A stretch of 64,000 nt of DNA, taken from positions 145,073 through 209,072 of the forward strand of contig JAWCLW010000001.1 of the NCBI GenBank assembly GCA_039091535.1. The letters run 5' to 3'. The DNA comes from Candidatus Aenigmatarchaeota archaeon. GTDB taxonomy: Archaea > Aenigmatarchaeota > Aenigmatarchaeia > GW2011-AR5. Shown here piece by piece: positions 36,541 to 45,419 of the stretch. The notes under the pieces are model-generated. The model was given only the letters and a program-made list of their open reading frames with translations, was not told where the DNA came from and ran no database searches. The number at the start of each line of letters is the position of its first letter. Within the stretch, counting starts at the first letter, position 1. Both the position numbers and the translations under genes were made by a program.

Positions 36541-36746
36541 GCCCCTGTAGTTTAGCCTGGACAAGGAAGACAAATTAAGGGTTTTTCTTCCTCTATTATC
36601 TTTTCCTTAATAGAGAGGAAAAGATAAAAGAAGAAAAACATAAATTATCCTCTGTAAAGAATGAGAGGTTGCGGACCTCTTGACCCGGGTTCGAAAACAA
36701 ACCATTTTCCCTTTAAATGGATTTGTAGAATTTCCCGGCGGGGGCA
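36541..36746 (+). tRNA. tRNA-Arg(GCG) with two non-canonical introns (~91 nt after the D-arm; ~37 nt in the T-loop)
   Basis: Acceptor GCCCCTG/CGGGGGC. Anticodon arm AGAGG-TTGCGGA-CCTCT (36664..36680; anticodon 36671..36673). T-arm CCGGG-TTCGAA[insert ~36696..36732]T-CCCGG. A large hairpin-rich insert (~36572..36662) separates the D-arm from the anticodon stem. The D-arm boundaries are uncertain. Confidence 0.7.
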
Positions 36747-36781
36747 CTATTAATTAAAATAATTTATGAATAAGTGATATT

Positions 36782-37882
36782 ATGCTTGAATGGATAATAT
36801 ATGCATTGTTGATATTTTATGTTCACATAAATTATCTGCTTTTTTTTGTTTCATCATTTTTTTCAAAGAAGATAAAACCAAAAAAAATAAAGAATTATCC
36901 TAAAATTTCTGTCATTATACCTACAAAAAATGAGGCAAATGTCATTGACGAAACATTGAAGAGAGTAAGAAAATGTGATTATCCAAAAAATAAATTAGAA
37001 ATAATTATTGTTGATGCAAATTCAAAAGATGAAACAATAAAGATAGCAAAAAAATATGCAGATAAAATAATAATTGAAAAAAAACCAAATGGAAAGCCGC
37101 ACGCACTTAATATTGGTATAAAAAAAGCAAGTGGTGACATTATTTATTTTCTTGATGCAGATAATTGGATTGAAAAAGATACAATAAAAACTCTTATCCA
37201 ATCAATGAATGGATATAATGCAGCAAAAGGCACAACAATAATTAGGAATAAAAAAAGCGTCATAGAAAAGGTAAGTAATCTTGAGATAGGAATTCATGAA
37301 TTACTTGTTTCTGGTTTTTCAAAAATTTTTAATTCTGAAATTATAAGTGGTTATAATTTTATGATCAAGAAAAATATACTAAGATGTGTTGGTTACTTTC
37401 ATAACTCCCTAACAGAAGATATAAATATATCATTCCGGTTATATAAAAGAGGTGAAAGGATATCAATTATTAATGCACCATGTTCTATACTCGTTCCAAA
37501 AAATCTTCATTCTTATTGGAAACAGCAAGAGAGATGGAGAATGGGCGGAATTAATGAATTAATAAAGATGTTAAAAATAAAAAATAGTATGATGGATTTG
37601 TTTATTAAGATGCCATTTCTTGTTTTATCAACAATTGTTTGTTCAATAAGTATTATTTTATTTTTATTTTATCTGATTTTTGGTGGATTTATTTTATTGT
37701 CTGGTGCTATAATTGGTTTCATTCTAATAATTACATCTGTTATAAGATTTGATAAGAAGGAATTAATCTATCTTCCAGCTATATATTTATTTTATACAAT
37801 ACTTGAAATAGCAAGCTTTTTTAACATATTTATTAAAAAACTGAAAAATAAAAAAATAGTTTGGCAAAAAACACCAAAATAA
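36782..37882 (+). CDS. family 2 glycosyltransferase, processive-type (QxxRW) with C-terminal TM helices
   Basis: ISVIIPTKNE, IVDANSKDET, FLDADN, TEDINIS and QQERWRMGG give the D, DxD, ED, QxxRW set of CesA/Chs/NodC/IcaA-like synthases. Confidence 0.8.
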   Translation: MLEWIIYALLIFYVHINYLLFFVSSFFSKKIKPKKIKNYPKISVIIPTKNEANVIDETLKRVRKCDYPKNKLEIIIVDANSKDETIKIAKKYADKIIIEKKPNGKPHALNIGIKKASGDIIYFLDADNWIEKDTIKTLIQSMNGYNAAKGTTIIRNKKSVIEKVSNLEIGIHELLVSGFSKIFNSEIISGYNFMIKKNILRCVGYFHNSLTEDINISFRLYKRGERISIINAPCSILVPKNLHSYWKQQERWRMGGINELIKMLKIKNSMMDLFIKMPFLVLSTIVCSISIILFLFYLIFGGFILLSGAIIGFILIITSVIRFDKKELIYLPAIYLFYTILEIASFFNIFIKKLKNKKIVWQKTPK

Positions 37883-37902
37883 AAAATTGAGATGATGAAA
37901 TT

Positions 37903-38247
37903 ATGACAGAAATTATTGGAATTATCTTATCAGTTATTACAATGATTTGTTTTGGTTTTTCAACAGCCATACAGAAATATGCACTTAATAAAATTGAAAA
38001 ATTTTCAATAAAAAGTGTGTTGAAAAATAAAATGTGGCTGTCAACATTAATTATTAGTGCTATTGGAATTGCTACATACCTTTTTGCATTGAGGATTTCA
38101 TACCTGTCACTTGTGCAGAGCATTGTTTCATCGACATTAATAATACCAATGTTTGTTGGTTTTGTATTCTTTAAAGAAAAGTTGGTGATCTATGAATGGA
38201 TTTCAATAATCTTAATACTAATAGGAATAATTTTAGTGGTTTATTAA
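37903..38247 (+). CDS. EamA/SMR-like 4-TM half-transporter (flippase-like)
   Basis: 114 aa with four hydrophobic helices. It is paired with a similar downstream gene and flanked by glycosyltransferases. Confidence 0.5.
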   Translation: MTEIIGIILSVITMICFGFSTAIQKYALNKIEKFSIKSVLKNKMWLSTLIISAIGIATYLFALRISYLSLVQSIVSSTLIIPMFVGFVFFKEKLVIYEWISIILILIGIILVVY

Positions 38248-38252
38248 TAATA

Positions 38253-38573
38253 ATGTTTTCAGGTATAATATTTGGTTTTGGTGCTCTATTTGTAAAGCTT
38301 GCTATTACACAAACAGATATATTGAAAATAATATTATGTCCCATATCATGGCTTGCACTTATTTTTGCAATATCTGGTTTTGTTTTAATGCAGAAAACAA
38401 TGCATGATGAGTATGTTTCAATTGTTGTACCAACAGTAACGGGTATTGCTACCATGATTTCTGTATTTTTTGCATTTATTTTTCTTAGTGAATCTATATC
38501 AACAATAAGATGGATTGGTATCTTTTTGATACTTATAGGTATTTTTATATTATGTGTGGTGAAAAGAAAATGA
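38253..38573 (+). CDS. EamA/SMR-like 4-TM half-transporter (flippase-like)
   Basis: The ATG at 38253 comes 5 nt after the upstream stop. The 106-aa product has four hydrophobic helices. Confidence 0.5.
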   Translation: MFSGIIFGFGALFVKLAITQTDILKIILCPISWLALIFAISGFVLMQKTMHDEYVSIVVPTVTGIATMISVFFAFIFLSESISTIRWIGIFLILIGIFILCVVKRK

Positions 38574-38585
38574 TTGGTGTTTAAA

Positions 38586-39281
38586 ATGAATAAAATTAAA
38601 TTCTCATTTATTATCCCTACATTAAATGAAGAAAAATATATTGAAAATTGCTTGAAATCGATAAAAAATCAGAAAGGTAATTATGAAATAATTGTAGTTG
38701 ATAGCTATAGTAGAGATAGAACAATTAGTATAGCAAAAAAATTTGGTTGTAAAATATTATTTGAAAAAAGAAAAGGTCCTGCAATAGCAAGAAATATTGG
38801 TGCAAAACACGCAAAGGGTGATATTATTATTTTTGTTGATGCCGATGCGCGATTTGATAGAGATTTTCTTGAAAAATTAGATAAAAAATTTGAAAAAAAT
38901 ATTGGTGGGTGTATTTTCAAGCAAGGTATCTTTGATACAAAAGATAATTATATTTTATTCTTACTTAAATTATGGAATGCAATAATATCATCTATTAATA
39001 AAATTGGTTTTGCAATGACAAATGGTGTATGTTTTGCGTATAGAAAAAAATATTTTAATTCCGTAGGTGGTTTTGATCCAAAACTCCTAACAAATGAAGA
39101 TCATGACCTTGCAAGAAGGATTAAAAAGATTTCAAGGTTTGTATTTTTTAATGATATTGTAGTTTATACATCATTAAGACGTGCAAAAAAACTTGGATTT
39201 AAAAAATTCATTACTTTACAATTAAAGGCAACATTATTTTATTTCTTGAAACATAAATCACTTTCAGAATATTGGTGTTGA
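38586..39281 (+). CDS. family 2 glycosyltransferase
   Basis: FSFIIPTLNEEKYIENCLKSI..IIVVDSYSRDRT..IIIFVDADARF (GT-A fold, DxD). Confidence 0.8.
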   Translation: MNKIKFSFIIPTLNEEKYIENCLKSIKNQKGNYEIIVVDSYSRDRTISIAKKFGCKILFEKRKGPAIARNIGAKHAKGDIIIFVDADARFDRDFLEKLDKKFEKNIGGCIFKQGIFDTKDNYILFLLKLWNAIISSINKIGFAMTNGVCFAYRKKYFNSVGGFDPKLLTNEDHDLARRIKKISRFVFFNDIVVYTSLRRAKKLGFKKFITLQLKATLFYFLKHKSLSEYWC

Positions 39282-40426
39282 GCATTTCTGTAAATATTCA
39301 GTAACTGATTTGTACATTTTTCTATATCATATTTCTTTGCTACAATCTTATAATTTTTTAAAATTTTTTTTCTTATTAAATTATTATTTAGAATTAAATT
39401 GATATTTTTTGAAAAATCTTTTTTCTTTGATACAATTCCAAAAGAATTCTCTTTTACAAAATCAGAGATTACAGGTACATCCAAAACAACTATTGGTAAT
39501 TTATTTATTGCTGCCTCTACAAGAACAAGCCCCTGCGTCTCTGATTTGGATGCCATAACAAAAACATCAGATAATTTATAAAAATCATTTAGTTCCTTGT
39601 TAGATAGATATCCAGTAAATATAATCTTATTAGATAGACCAAGGTTATTTACGTATTTTTTTAATTCATTTTTATATGGGCCATCAGATGTTATTACAAA
39701 TTTTATATTTTCGTTCTTAAGAATATTTTTCAAAGATTTTATAATAAATTTTATATTTTTTTCTTTTGTTATCCTGCCAACATGGAGAATTATTTTTTCA
39801 TTACCTAAGTTATATTTTTTTCTTAGATCATGTTTTTTTATTTTTCTTTTACTTTCTATCTTAACACCTGTTGGTATTACAATTATTTTCTTTTTAAAAC
39901 CATTTTTTCTCAATACTTTTTTAATATTTTCTGAAGGTGCTATAACAATATCACAATGATTGTAAAACCATGACAAATATTTCCATGAACCTAATTTGAA
40001 CAAATATTTGAATAATTTTATTCTTTGAAGTTTTTCTGATTTTATAACATAATGCATATAATCTGGAAACAATGTGTGAAAAGTCCCGATTATAGGTATT
40101 TTATAATATTTTGCAAATGCTATTCCAGCAAGTCCTAATGAGAATGGACTATGCACATGTACAATATCAAATTTTATATTTTTAATTTCTGGATCTAATA
40201 TTAGACTATATGGAATGCCAACCCTATATTCTTTATAAGATCTGAATGTAAAAGATTTGAATCTAAAAACAAAATTTTCTTTCTTTGTTTCCTTTACATC
40301 TGGTGCAAATATATAAACCTTATTTTTCCTTTCTCTTAGTTTTTTTGTGAATAAATCTAATGATGTAACTAATCCATTAATTTGTGGTTTATACGAGTCT
40401 GTAAACATAGCTATGTTCATATACAA
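39239..40426 (-). CDS. family 4 (GT-B) glycosyltransferase
   Basis: N-terminal IAMFTDSYKPQINGLVTS and C-terminal ..ASKSETQGLVLVEAAINKLPIVV (E-x7-E). Confidence 0.8.
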   Translation of the reverse strand: MYMNIAMFTDSYKPQINGLVTSLDLFTKKLRERKNKVYIFAPDVKETKKENFVFRFKSFTFRSYKEYRVGIPYSLILDPEIKNIKFDIVHVHSPFSLGLAGIAFAKYYKIPIIGTFHTLFPDYMHYVIKSEKLQRIKLFKYLFKLGSWKYLSWFYNHCDIVIAPSENIKKVLRKNGFKKKIIVIPTGVKIESKRKIKKHDLRKKYNLGNEKIILHVGRITKEKNIKFIIKSLKNILKNENIKFVITSDGPYKNELKKYVNNLGLSNKIIFTGYLSNKELNDFYKLSDVFVMASKSETQGLVLVEAAINKLPIVVLDVPVISDFVKENSFGIVSKKKDFSKNINLILNNNLIRKKILKNYKIVAKKYDIEKCTNQLLNIYRNAQHQYSESDLCFKK

Positions 40427-40482
40427 TCTTATTGTTATTGGTTCTAAAAACTTTTTAATTAATTAGGATAAATATTTACACT

Positions 40483-41019
40483 ATGGATTTAGTGATTTTA
40501 CTCGTGCAATCATTTTGGCTTATTGCTCCGGCATATGCTGCAAATGCATTCCCACCACTTATGAAAGGTAAAAGGCCAATAGATTTCCATAAAAAATTTA
40601 ATGGCAAACGTTTACTTGGTGATGGAAAAACAATAGAAGGGACATTAGGCGGTTTAATTTTTGGTATATTTATTGGTGGTCTGCAGATTTATTTCCAACA
40701 ATTTATACCAAATGAGATTAATGGATATATTTTGAATCTTACTTATATGACACCATCAATTATCATTTTACTTAGTGTTGGTGCATTAATTGGTGATATA
40801 TTTGGTTCATTCATAAAAAGACAAATAGGAATAAAGAGAGGTGACCCTGCACCATTACTAGATCAATTAGATTTTCTTATTTTTGCATTAATGTTTGTTA
40901 GCGCTGTTTATATTGTTGATATCATAATTATTTTAATACTCTTAATATTTACACCAATAATTCATATTATAGCAAATATTATAGGATATTTAGCAAAAAT
41001 TAAAGAACACCCATGGTAA
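40483..41019 (+). CDS. carS: CDP-archaeol synthase
   Basis: ..IAPAYAANAFPPL..PIDF..LLGDGKTIEGTLGG..GDIFGSFIKRQIGIKRGDPAPLLDQLDF.. matches the CarS (DUF46) pattern. 178 aa, polytopic. Confidence 0.85.
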   Translation: MDLVILLVQSFWLIAPAYAANAFPPLMKGKRPIDFHKKFNGKRLLGDGKTIEGTLGGLIFGIFIGGLQIYFQQFIPNEINGYILNLTYMTPSIIILLSVGALIGDIFGSFIKRQIGIKRGDPAPLLDQLDFLIFALMFVSAVYIVDIIIILILLIFTPIIHIIANIIGYLAKIKEHPW

Positions 41020-41084
41020 TTTATCAGGAATATATAAATTTTCAAAGAATTTAAGATTTTAATTAAATAATTGGAAAGATAATT

Positions 41085-41669
41085 ATGTCAAAACAATTTA
41101 AATTTGACCTTCATATACATACAAATTTTTCTGATGGTATTGCTACTCCAGAAGATGTTTTGAAATATTCAAAGGCAGTTGGCCTAAGTGGCTTGGCCAT
41201 CACCGATCATGACACACTTGATGGCTATAAAAAAGCAAAAAATATAGCAAAAAAGATTGGTGTAATTCTTGTTCCTGGTGTCGAAATAACGACTCCGCTT
41301 GGTGATATACTTGCTTATGGAATCGAAGAAATACCGAGTGGAACACCACTTGAGATTATAGACAAGATACACTCTATGGATGGTGTTGCAGCAATTGCCC
41401 ATCCATATGGTGGATATTGGACAGTAAGTTTTGCTGATATAATAGATATTATAAAACACAAGATAGATGCAATAGAAATATTTAATGCAACAACACCACT
41501 AGAAGCAAATATAAAGGCCATGAAGCTTGCAAAAAAAGCAAAATTACCAGGTATAGGTGGAAGTGATGCTCACATCCTTGAGGTAGTAGGTACTGCATTT
41601 ACTATATCAAACACAGAAGATATTGTATTAGCAATCAAAAGTGGTAAGATAAAAGTAGGATGGATATAA
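41085..41669 (+). CDS. PHP-domain phosphoesterase
   Basis: DLHIHTNFSDGIATPEDV..LAITDHDTLDGY..IAHPYG..GGSDAH: the PHP metal-binding His/Asp motifs. Confidence 0.75.
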   Translation: MSKQFKFDLHIHTNFSDGIATPEDVLKYSKAVGLSGLAITDHDTLDGYKKAKNIAKKIGVILVPGVEITTPLGDILAYGIEEIPSGTPLEIIDKIHSMDGVAAIAHPYGGYWTVSFADIIDIIKHKIDAIEIFNATTPLEANIKAMKLAKKAKLPGIGGSDAHILEVVGTAFTISNTEDIVLAIKSGKIKVGWI

Positions 41670-41728
41670 TCGTGGTGTAATCTAACCTTTCTTTTTTAAT
41701 TTTGGCATTTTGTGTTGATTTAATTAAA

Positions 41729-42232
41729 TCATAATACATAATTTAGTACAAAATCTATTCCGTAATGTCCAGCATATGCAACAAATGTACATAATATTAT
41801 CTTTCCAAGAAGACATGCAAAAAAATATTTCTTTATGTCGTATTTTAGATAACCAGCTATTATTCCTATTATATCATCAGGTAATGGAGTTACTGCAAAT
41901 ATGAATGTAAGAAAAAATCCGCCATATGATTTAAACCAATTTTTACTTTTTTTTATCCATTTTTTTAATCTTTTTTTGTCTTTATTTTTCTTTTCTCCAA
42001 AAAATTTATTTCCACCAATACCAATTCCATAACCTATTAATTCCCCAATTGCTGCACCAAAACCTGATACAATACCAATTGCTAATGGATTGAGAATAGA
42101 GCCCGCAAAAAAAACAACAAGAAGTGCGGGCGTTGGTATTATTATCATTGCAGAACCAAGAAATGCAGAAAAAAATGCACCAAAATAACCAAATGCGTAA
42201 ACAAGTCCTTGTAAGAATTCAATACCAAACAT
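41729..42232 (-). CDS. DedA/VTT-domain membrane protein
   Basis: 167 aa, polytopic, with ..FAVTPLPDDIIGIIAGYLKYDIKKYFFACLLGK.. resembling the VTT/SNARE-associated domain. Confidence 0.5.
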   Translation of the reverse strand: MFGIEFLQGLVYAFGYFGAFFSAFLGSAMIIIPTPALLVVFFAGSILNPLAIGIVSGFGAAIGELIGYGIGIGGNKFFGEKKNKDKKRLKKWIKKSKNWFKSYGGFFLTFIFAVTPLPDDIIGIIAGYLKYDIKKYFFACLLGKIILCTFVAYAGHYGIDFVLNYVL

Positions 42233-42292
42233 ATTTATTTTTGATATTTATAAGTTTTTAAATAATTTGATAAGATATTTAGGTGTTAAAAA

Positions 42293-42895
42293 ATGCTATA
42301 TAGACATCGAAAAAAATTTGAGAAATTTAGTAACAAAATTGGTTTTGTATTCAAAAAGATTCCGCTAACACCAAATCAATGGACAATTACAACAATAATA
42401 CCGCTATTTATTTCTATATATTTTATTTTTTTAGAAGAATTCATTTTATCGTCTATATTTTTCATAATCGCTGCATTTTTTGATTTAATCGATGGATCCG
42501 TCGCTCGTGTCGATAAAAAGACTACAAAACTTGGTGCATATCTTGATACGATAATGGATAGATATGTTGAAGGAATTATATTGTTAGCATTATTATTTAT
42601 CCCACTTCCATACTTCTTGGTTTCATCTTACGTTTGGATATCTATTTATTTATTTGGTATGATGATGACAACATATGCAAAATCAGCTGCAAAAGAAAAA
42701 GAATTAATTAAAAAAGAACTTGGTGGTGGTTTTCTTGAAAGAGCAGAGAGATTGATAATATTATTTTTTGGTATTTCATTTGCAACAATTAACAAAATAT
42801 ATTTATTATATGTATTAATAATCTTAGCAATTTTATCAAACATAACAGCAATTCAAAGGGTATATATAGCGATAAAAGGTCTAAAATATGAATAA
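42293..42895 (+). CDS. CDP-alcohol phosphatidyltransferase (archaetidyl-inositol-P / -glycerol-P synthase-like)
   Basis: The motif D-x2-DG-x2-AR-x8-G-x3-D-x3-D is present as FFDLIDGSVARVDKKTTKLGAYLDTIMDRY. 200 aa, polytopic. Confidence 0.8.
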   Translation: MLYRHRKKFEKFSNKIGFVFKKIPLTPNQWTITTIIPLFISIYFIFLEEFILSSIFFIIAAFFDLIDGSVARVDKKTTKLGAYLDTIMDRYVEGIILLALLFIPLPYFLVSSYVWISIYLFGMMMTTYAKSAAKEKELIKKELGGGFLERAERLIILFFGISFATINKIYLLYVLIILAILSNITAIQRVYIAIKGLKYE

Positions 42896-43394
42896 AAAAA
42901 TAAAAATAAAAATAAAAATAGCTGATATATTTTCTTTCATAAATGCATTCTTAGGATTTTTTGCAATTATCACAATATTCAGAATTGGGAATTTTTATTT
43001 AGTCTCATTTCTCTTATTTTTAGCAGTAATTATAGATTTTATTGATGGAAAAATAGCCAGAAAATTCAAACATGCAAATGAATTTGGAAAGAACATAGAT
43101 TCATTAGCAGACATAGTATCTTTTGGAGTTGCGCCAGCAATACTCCTACAACAATTTTTATCGGGATATGCTGTATTCGTACCATTCTTATTGATTATAG
43201 GTGGAATTTATAGATTAGCTAGGTTTAACATAAGTAAAGAAAAATATTTTATAGGTTTACCAATAACATTCAATGGATTTATAATTCCATTATTTTATGT
43301 ATTAGGGATATTAAATGGAAATATATCGATCTTACTCTCTATAGTACTTTTTATTTTAATGATAAGTAAACTAAAAATCAAAAAAATATTGTGA
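42888..43394 (+). CDS. pssA: archaetidylserine synthase-like CDP-alcohol phosphatidyltransferase
   Basis: IIDFIDGKIARKFKHANEFGKNIDSLADIVSFGVAPA matches the PssA-type variant of the motif. It overlaps the upstream gene by 8 nt. Confidence 0.75.
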   Translation: MNKKIKIKIKIADIFSFINAFLGFFAIITIFRIGNFYLVSFLLFLAVIIDFIDGKIARKFKHANEFGKNIDSLADIVSFGVAPAILLQQFLSGYAVFVPFLLIIGGIYRLARFNISKEKYFIGLPITFNGFIIPLFYVLGILNGNISILLSIVLFILMISKLKIKKIL

Positions 43395-43399
43395 TAAAT

Positions 43400-44050
43400 A
43401 TGTTATCTGTTATAATACCAGCCCACAATGAAGAAAAATATATTGAAAATATTTTAAAAAAAATTTCAGACGATTACAATGTAATTGTTGTTGACGATGG
43501 TTCTAGTGATAATACAGCAAAAGTTGCAGAATCATTTGGTTTCAAAACAATTAGATTAAAGAAAAATGTAGGTAAGGGTGCTGCATGCCTAGAAGGATTA
43601 AAACATAGTGATGATGATTTTTGTATATTTATAGATGGGGATGGGCAATTAAATCCAAAAGACATATCAAATATTGCAAACTTATTAAAAGAATACGATC
43701 TAGTTATAGGAAAAAGAGATATGAAAAAAATACCATGGCAAAGAAGATTGTCAAATAAATTTGCAAGATGGTGTGTAAACTATTTGACTGGACGAAATTT
43801 TTCCGATGTTCTCTGTGGACTTCGTGGAATAAATAAACAAAAATTTAAAAAATTGAATCTTAAAAAACTTGATTATTATTTTGAATCAGAAATGTTATTA
43901 GAGGCGGTGAAAAATAATTTAAGTATAATAGAAGTTCCTGTAGATGTAAATTATAATGTTGGTTCAAGAATGCCATTCACAAAAAGTATAAAAATTGCTT
44001 TTTGGCTTATAATGAATGTTATTAAGAAGTCATTGAGAATATATAAATAG
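43400..44050 (+). CDS. family 2 glycosyltransferase (dolichyl-phosphate hexose synthase-like)
   Basis: LSVIIPAHNEEKYIENIL..VIVVDDGSSDNT..CIFIDGDGQ. 216 aa from the ATG at 43400. Confidence 0.75.
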   Translation: MLSVIIPAHNEEKYIENILKKISDDYNVIVVDDGSSDNTAKVAESFGFKTIRLKKNVGKGAACLEGLKHSDDDFCIFIDGDGQLNPKDISNIANLLKEYDLVIGKRDMKKIPWQRRLSNKFARWCVNYLTGRNFSDVLCGLRGINKQKFKKLNLKKLDYYFESEMLLEAVKNNLSIIEVPVDVNYNVGSRMPFTKSIKIAFWLIMNVIKKSLRIYK

Positions 44051-44059
44051 TGATAAATT

Positions 44060-44404
44060 ATGTATAAACAGGTTATTGTGGTAAGATCTGATTTGAAGAT
44101 GTCAAGAGGTAAACTTATTGCTCAATGTTGTCATGCATCCGTTTCTGTATTAAATAAAATAAATAAGAAAATATTAGATATATGGGAAAAATCTGGTCAA
44201 AAAAAAATTGTTGTAAAAGTAAAAAATATTGATGAAATGATAAAATTAAAGAATAAATGTAATAAATTAAATATTCCGTATTCAATTATTTCAGATGCTG
44301 GACTTACAGAATTAACACCTGGAACAATAACAGTAATGGGAATAGGTCCTGAAGAAGAGAAAAAAATAGATAAAGTCACAGGCTCACTACCATTATTAAA
44401 ATGA
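44060..44404 (+). CDS. pth2: peptidyl-tRNA hydrolase, archaeal type (Pth2)
   Basis: KQVIVVRSDLKMSRGKLIAQCCHAS..KIVVKV..IISDAGLTELTPGTITVMGIGP.., 114 aa. Confidence 0.9.
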   Translation: MYKQVIVVRSDLKMSRGKLIAQCCHASVSVLNKINKKILDIWEKSGQKKIVVKVKNIDEMIKLKNKCNKLNIPYSIISDAGLTELTPGTITVMGIGPEEEKKIDKVTGSLPLLK

Positions 44405-44434
44405 TATGCTTTAATTTTTATTTCTAAGTTATTA

Positions 44435-45415
44435 GTGTTTATGAGTAAATACCTAACAAAAAGAATTAATAAAAAAATATTAAGTCCAGAAGACTTTGTT
44501 GTAAAAGAGATTATAAATAAGAAATTTTTCAAGAAATTTTCAAGAACAAGACACGGTATAGAAAAAATAAAAGGACCGTATACGTTATTTCTTATGAAAA
44601 AAAGAAACATAACAACAATTCAAGCAATAAAAAAAATAGCAAAAGAATTGAATATAAATGAAAAAGAAATAGGATATGCCGGTCTTAAAGATAAATTTGC
44701 AGTTGCATATCAATACATTACAATTAAAAATATTGACTTAGAAAAATTGTTATTAGGGAATATAGAATTAAATAAAATAGGATATACAAATAATATGATA
44801 TCTATCGGTGATTTAATAGGAAATGAATTTGATATAACATTGCATAATTGTAATAACATAAGAAATTTAGAAAATGCAATAGAAAACATAATTAAAAATG
44901 GATTGCCAAATTATTTTGGTCCACAAAGATTTGGAACAAACAAAAACAATCATATAATAGGTAGATATTTAATTAAAAGAGATTTTTCTAATGCAATAAG
45001 TATCATAAATAAAAATTATAGAAAAAAGATTGATAACATAAAGAACATTAATAAAAAAATGTTAAAATTCTTTATACATGCATATCAGTCATGGATATTT
45101 AATGAAACAATAAAAAGATATATAGAAAAAAATAAAACACCTCTTTTTAGGGACGTACCCATCTTTGGATATGATACAAAACTGAAAAATAACAAAATCG
45201 ACAAGATAATAAAAAATATAATAGTAGAAGAAAAAATAAATCAATACGATTTCAAGATACCGGAACTTAAAATATGTTGTCTTGGCAGTAAAAGAAAAGC
45301 CTTTATTAAATTAAGTAATATAAGTTATAAAATAGAAAAGAATAATATCAAATTGAATTTTACTTTACCAAAAGGCAGTTACGCAACAGTTTTATTAAAT
45401 GAGATTATAAAGTGA
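44435..45415 (+). CDS. truD: tRNA pseudouridine synthase TruD/Pus7
   Basis: EDFVVKEI, GYAGLKDKFAVAYQYITI (catalytic Asp motif) and LPNYFGPQRFG. Confidence 0.8.
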   Translation: MFMSKYLTKRINKKILSPEDFVVKEIINKKFFKKFSRTRHGIEKIKGPYTLFLMKKRNITTIQAIKKIAKELNINEKEIGYAGLKDKFAVAYQYITIKNIDLEKLLLGNIELNKIGYTNNMISIGDLIGNEFDITLHNCNNIRNLENAIENIIKNGLPNYFGPQRFGTNKNNHIIGRYLIKRDFSNAISIINKNYRKKIDNIKNINKKMLKFFIHAYQSWIFNETIKRYIEKNKTPLFRDVPIFGYDTKLKNNKIDKIIKNIIVEEKINQYDFKIPELKICCLGSKRKAFIKLSNISYKIEKNNIKLNFTLPKGSYATVLLNEIIK

Positions 45416-45419
45416 TGTT

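Noticed and set aside
36572-36662. C/D-box sRNA encoded in the long tRNA-Arg intron
   Set aside because: No RUGAUGA (C) or CUGA (D) boxes are present in the insert.
42897-42920. Tandem hexamer (AAAATA)x4 that looked like a microsatellite or mini-repeat array
   Set aside because: It lies inside the start of the PssA-like gene and simply encodes KIKIKIKI before the first TM helix. It is far too short and AT-simple to be a CRISPR or regulatory array.
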